Assembly (NCBI GenBank): GCA_043823435.1
Contig: JBDRAV010000014.1
Location: forward strand, 10,765 to 74,764
DNA from: Candidatus Omnitrophota bacterium
Lineage (GTDB): Bacteria > Omnitrophota > Gorgyraeia > Gygaellales > Profunditerraquicolaceae
Length of the DNA: 64,000 bases
Direction: 5' to 3'
Shown: positions 62,411-64,000 of the stretch, piece by piece
How positions within the stretch are numbered: position 1 is the first letter of the stretch
Layout of the letters: each line of letters starts with the position of its first letter
Translations under genes and position numbers: made by a program
Notes under the pieces: model-generated
The model's input: the letters and a program-made list of their open reading frames with translations, nothing else
What the model was told of the DNA's origin: nothing
Database searches by the model: none

Positions 62411-64000
62411 TTAAATCATAGATATCTATCGTTTGATCGGACTCCAGGATGCTCTTCTGTTGTGATTCTTTGTTATCATATAAAAAGTTAAAAGTTGAGT
62501 GCTTTTCGGAAAATAGCGGCTTTAATTTCGTAGAAGCCCTTAAAATCTCATTTGGATAATTGAAGCGGTATTGATCCAGAAGTAAATAGTGAACATCATT
62601 AGCCACGGCAAAATCCTTCAGCTTTTTGATATCTATGTGAGTCTTTCCTGATGGGTCAATATCTTTATCGCGATAAGAAAAACTCATATCAAACGCTTGA
62701 TCTCTATCAACATAAACGCGGGAGATCAGGTAATTCGAACTCAAATGCTTAACCCCTTTATTATTGTGCATAAAATCTATTGCGTCTTTAAAGCCACTGG
62801 AGGAGCGCAAAATCGGCAGAGAACTCGAAAGTTGAACCGCTAAAACAGCCGTAGTTAAGAATATGCCCGGCAATAAGTTCCTTTTTGAGAAAATAATACT
62901 TAAAGGATAAGCTGCTATTATACACATAGCCGGTATGGCGATATAAAATGTCCGCGTAGTAGGAAAATGCGAATAGAGCCCGAGGCTGACATAAGTTATA
63001 AGGAAGTAAGAGGTAAGAATCAAAATATTTACATTTGCGCCCGGCTTCCTTATGGTTCGCCATAGCATAATGTCCAAACCTGTTACAAAAGCCAGCAAGA
63101 AAGGCAATCCTTCCTTTAGAAAAATTATCCTTGGATAAAACCACAGATTTCCTTGATAACCGGTCTGCCGGTTTGATGCCGACACCTGCGAATAAAGCTG
63201 CTCAAAATAGCTGACAAATCCACCCTCGCCCGACATCCCTTTTGATAGCCTTAAATAATCGGGGTGTAAATCAATCCATGACTTTATAATAAACGTTACT
63301 GCCTGCCAGAATAATATAGGGAGCAATAAACCGAATGACCATATCAAAAAACGCCCGAAAGGACTCTCTTTATTGATTGCGCCGCGCACGAAATTAATAA
63401 GTTCCAGCATCCCGAATAAGAATATCAGCCAATAGAAGTAATAATGTGTCGTAACCGCAAGCCCTATAGAAACGCCGTACAAAAAGATAATCATATTTTT
63501 TTTGCGGTTTGTATTTCCTGAGTCTTGAGCCATTAAATATAAAAGAAATGCAAGGTATGCAAAAAAAGTTCCGGTGACATGCGGAAACGCGGAACGCGAA
63601 TATGTAAGGTGAAACCAGGATACTGCTAATAATAAAACCGAGATCACGCCCAATCCGGTATCCTTCAGCCTGCGGGATATAAAGAAAACCAATATCAAAA
63701 TAAGCACCCCGGCTAAAGCAGAAACAATGGGCAGCGTATAGTCTTTAAGGCCTATCAGCAAAGATGCCAGGAATGCCACGCCTAAATAAGTCGGTTTTCC
63801 TGCCATATAAATAATACCGCCCTTTTGCTGCAGATACTGGACAAAGCTGAGGTTGGCTAATTTATTGTTGAATCTAGAAATTGTAAAGTCTACGGGCACC
63901 CGCATTGTTTTGACGAAATTAAAATAAAGCCCTTCGTCTACCGCAACCATCGCGCTCTTGTTTAAACGATAGAGAGTCAGGAATAAGCTTAAGATTACAA
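62379..64000 (-). CDS. GT-C fold glycosyltransferase, ArnT/PMT (GT39/GT83)-like; 5' end beyond window
   Basis: At least 10 TM helices. The frame stays open upstream of the listed ATG to the window edge (..VILSLFLTLYRLNKSAMVAVDEGLYFNFVKTM), which includes the first-loop D-E pair typical of this family. Confidence 0.7.
   Translation of the reverse strand, partial: VILSLFLTLYRLNKSAMVAVDEGLYFNFVKTMRVPVDFTISRFNNKLANLSFVQYLQQKGGIIYMAGKPTYLGVAFLASLLIGLKDYTLPIVSALAGVLILILVFFISRRLKDTGLGVISVLLLAVSWFHLTYSRSAFPHVTGTFFAYLAFLLYLMAQDSGNTNRKKNMIIFLYGVSIGLAVTTHYYFYWLIFLFGMLELINFVRGAINKESPFGRFLIWSFGLLLPILFWQAVTFIIKSWIDLHPDYLRLSKGMSGEGGFVSYFEQLYSQVSASNRQTGYQGNLWFYPRIIFLKEGLPFLLAFVTGLDIMLWRTIRKPGANVNILILTSYFLITYVSLGLYSHFPTTRTFYIAIPAMCIIAAYPLSIIFSKRNLLPGIFLTTAVLAVQLSSSLPILRSSSGFKDAIDFMHNNKGVKHLSSNYLISRVYVDRDQAFDMSFSYRDKDIDPSGKTHIDIKKLKDFAVANDVHYLLLDQYRFNYPNEILRASTKLKPLFSEKHSTFNFLYDNKESQQKSILESDQTIDIYDLNEVVRTIERG

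Noticed and set aside
7934-64000. Genomic island or mobile-element origin of the glycan locus (integrase, transposase, flanking tRNA, direct repeats)
   Set aside because: I found no integrase, transposase, tRNA or flanking direct repeat in the window, and the right boundary lies outside it. The only rearrangement signature is the sat relic at 41.0-41.3 kb, so horizontal origin cannot be judged from this sequence.

Overview
All credible genes in this 64-kb window lie on the minus strand: 55 CDS and one gene relic. I recognised no rRNA, tRNA, CRISPR array, transposase or integrase. The first 5.5 kb is housekeeping: a peptide/nickel-type ABC importer (family-5 binding protein plus DppB- and DppC-like permeases), secG, tpiA and pgk. 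A fused MFS/spermidine-synthase-like membrane protein follows at 5.6-7.9 kb. From 7.9 kb to the right edge (about 56 kb, still open at the edge) is one tightly packed, co-directional envelope-glycan locus. It encodes a WecA/MraY-type initiating transferase with an unusual C-terminal module and a Wzy_C (O-antigen ligase/polymerase family) protein. It has 8 GT-B and 2 GT2 glycosyltransferases, 2 further GT-C/Wzy-like polytopic proteins and 3 MOP-family flippases. Tailoring genes include 8 class-I SAM methyltransferases, 2 B12-binding radical SAM enzymes, 1 radical SAM/SPASM enzyme, 4 membrane-anchored SGNH hydrolase paralogues, 3 hexapeptide acyltransferase domains, 3 SDR sugar-nucleotide enzymes and an AsnB-type amidotransferase. 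A phosphoesterase island (NPP-type phosphodiesterase, PAP2-PHP fusion, Thr-type sulfatase-fold protein) abuts a truncated ATP-sulfurylase relic. The most unusual points are four: (1) several domain fusions (PNPT with a PHPT/CapD-type N-module, GT-B with DUF218, WbpB-like with WbpD-like, PAP2 with PHP); (2) an SGNH/methyltransferase block with no MBOAT or AT3 partner; (3) the phosphoesterase island with its sat scar; (4) a GGGACA-core hairpin repeat family that fills three of the four sizeable spacers at the left end. All calls come from reading motifs in the translations and the DNA by eye. No database search was run and no function is experimentally anchored.
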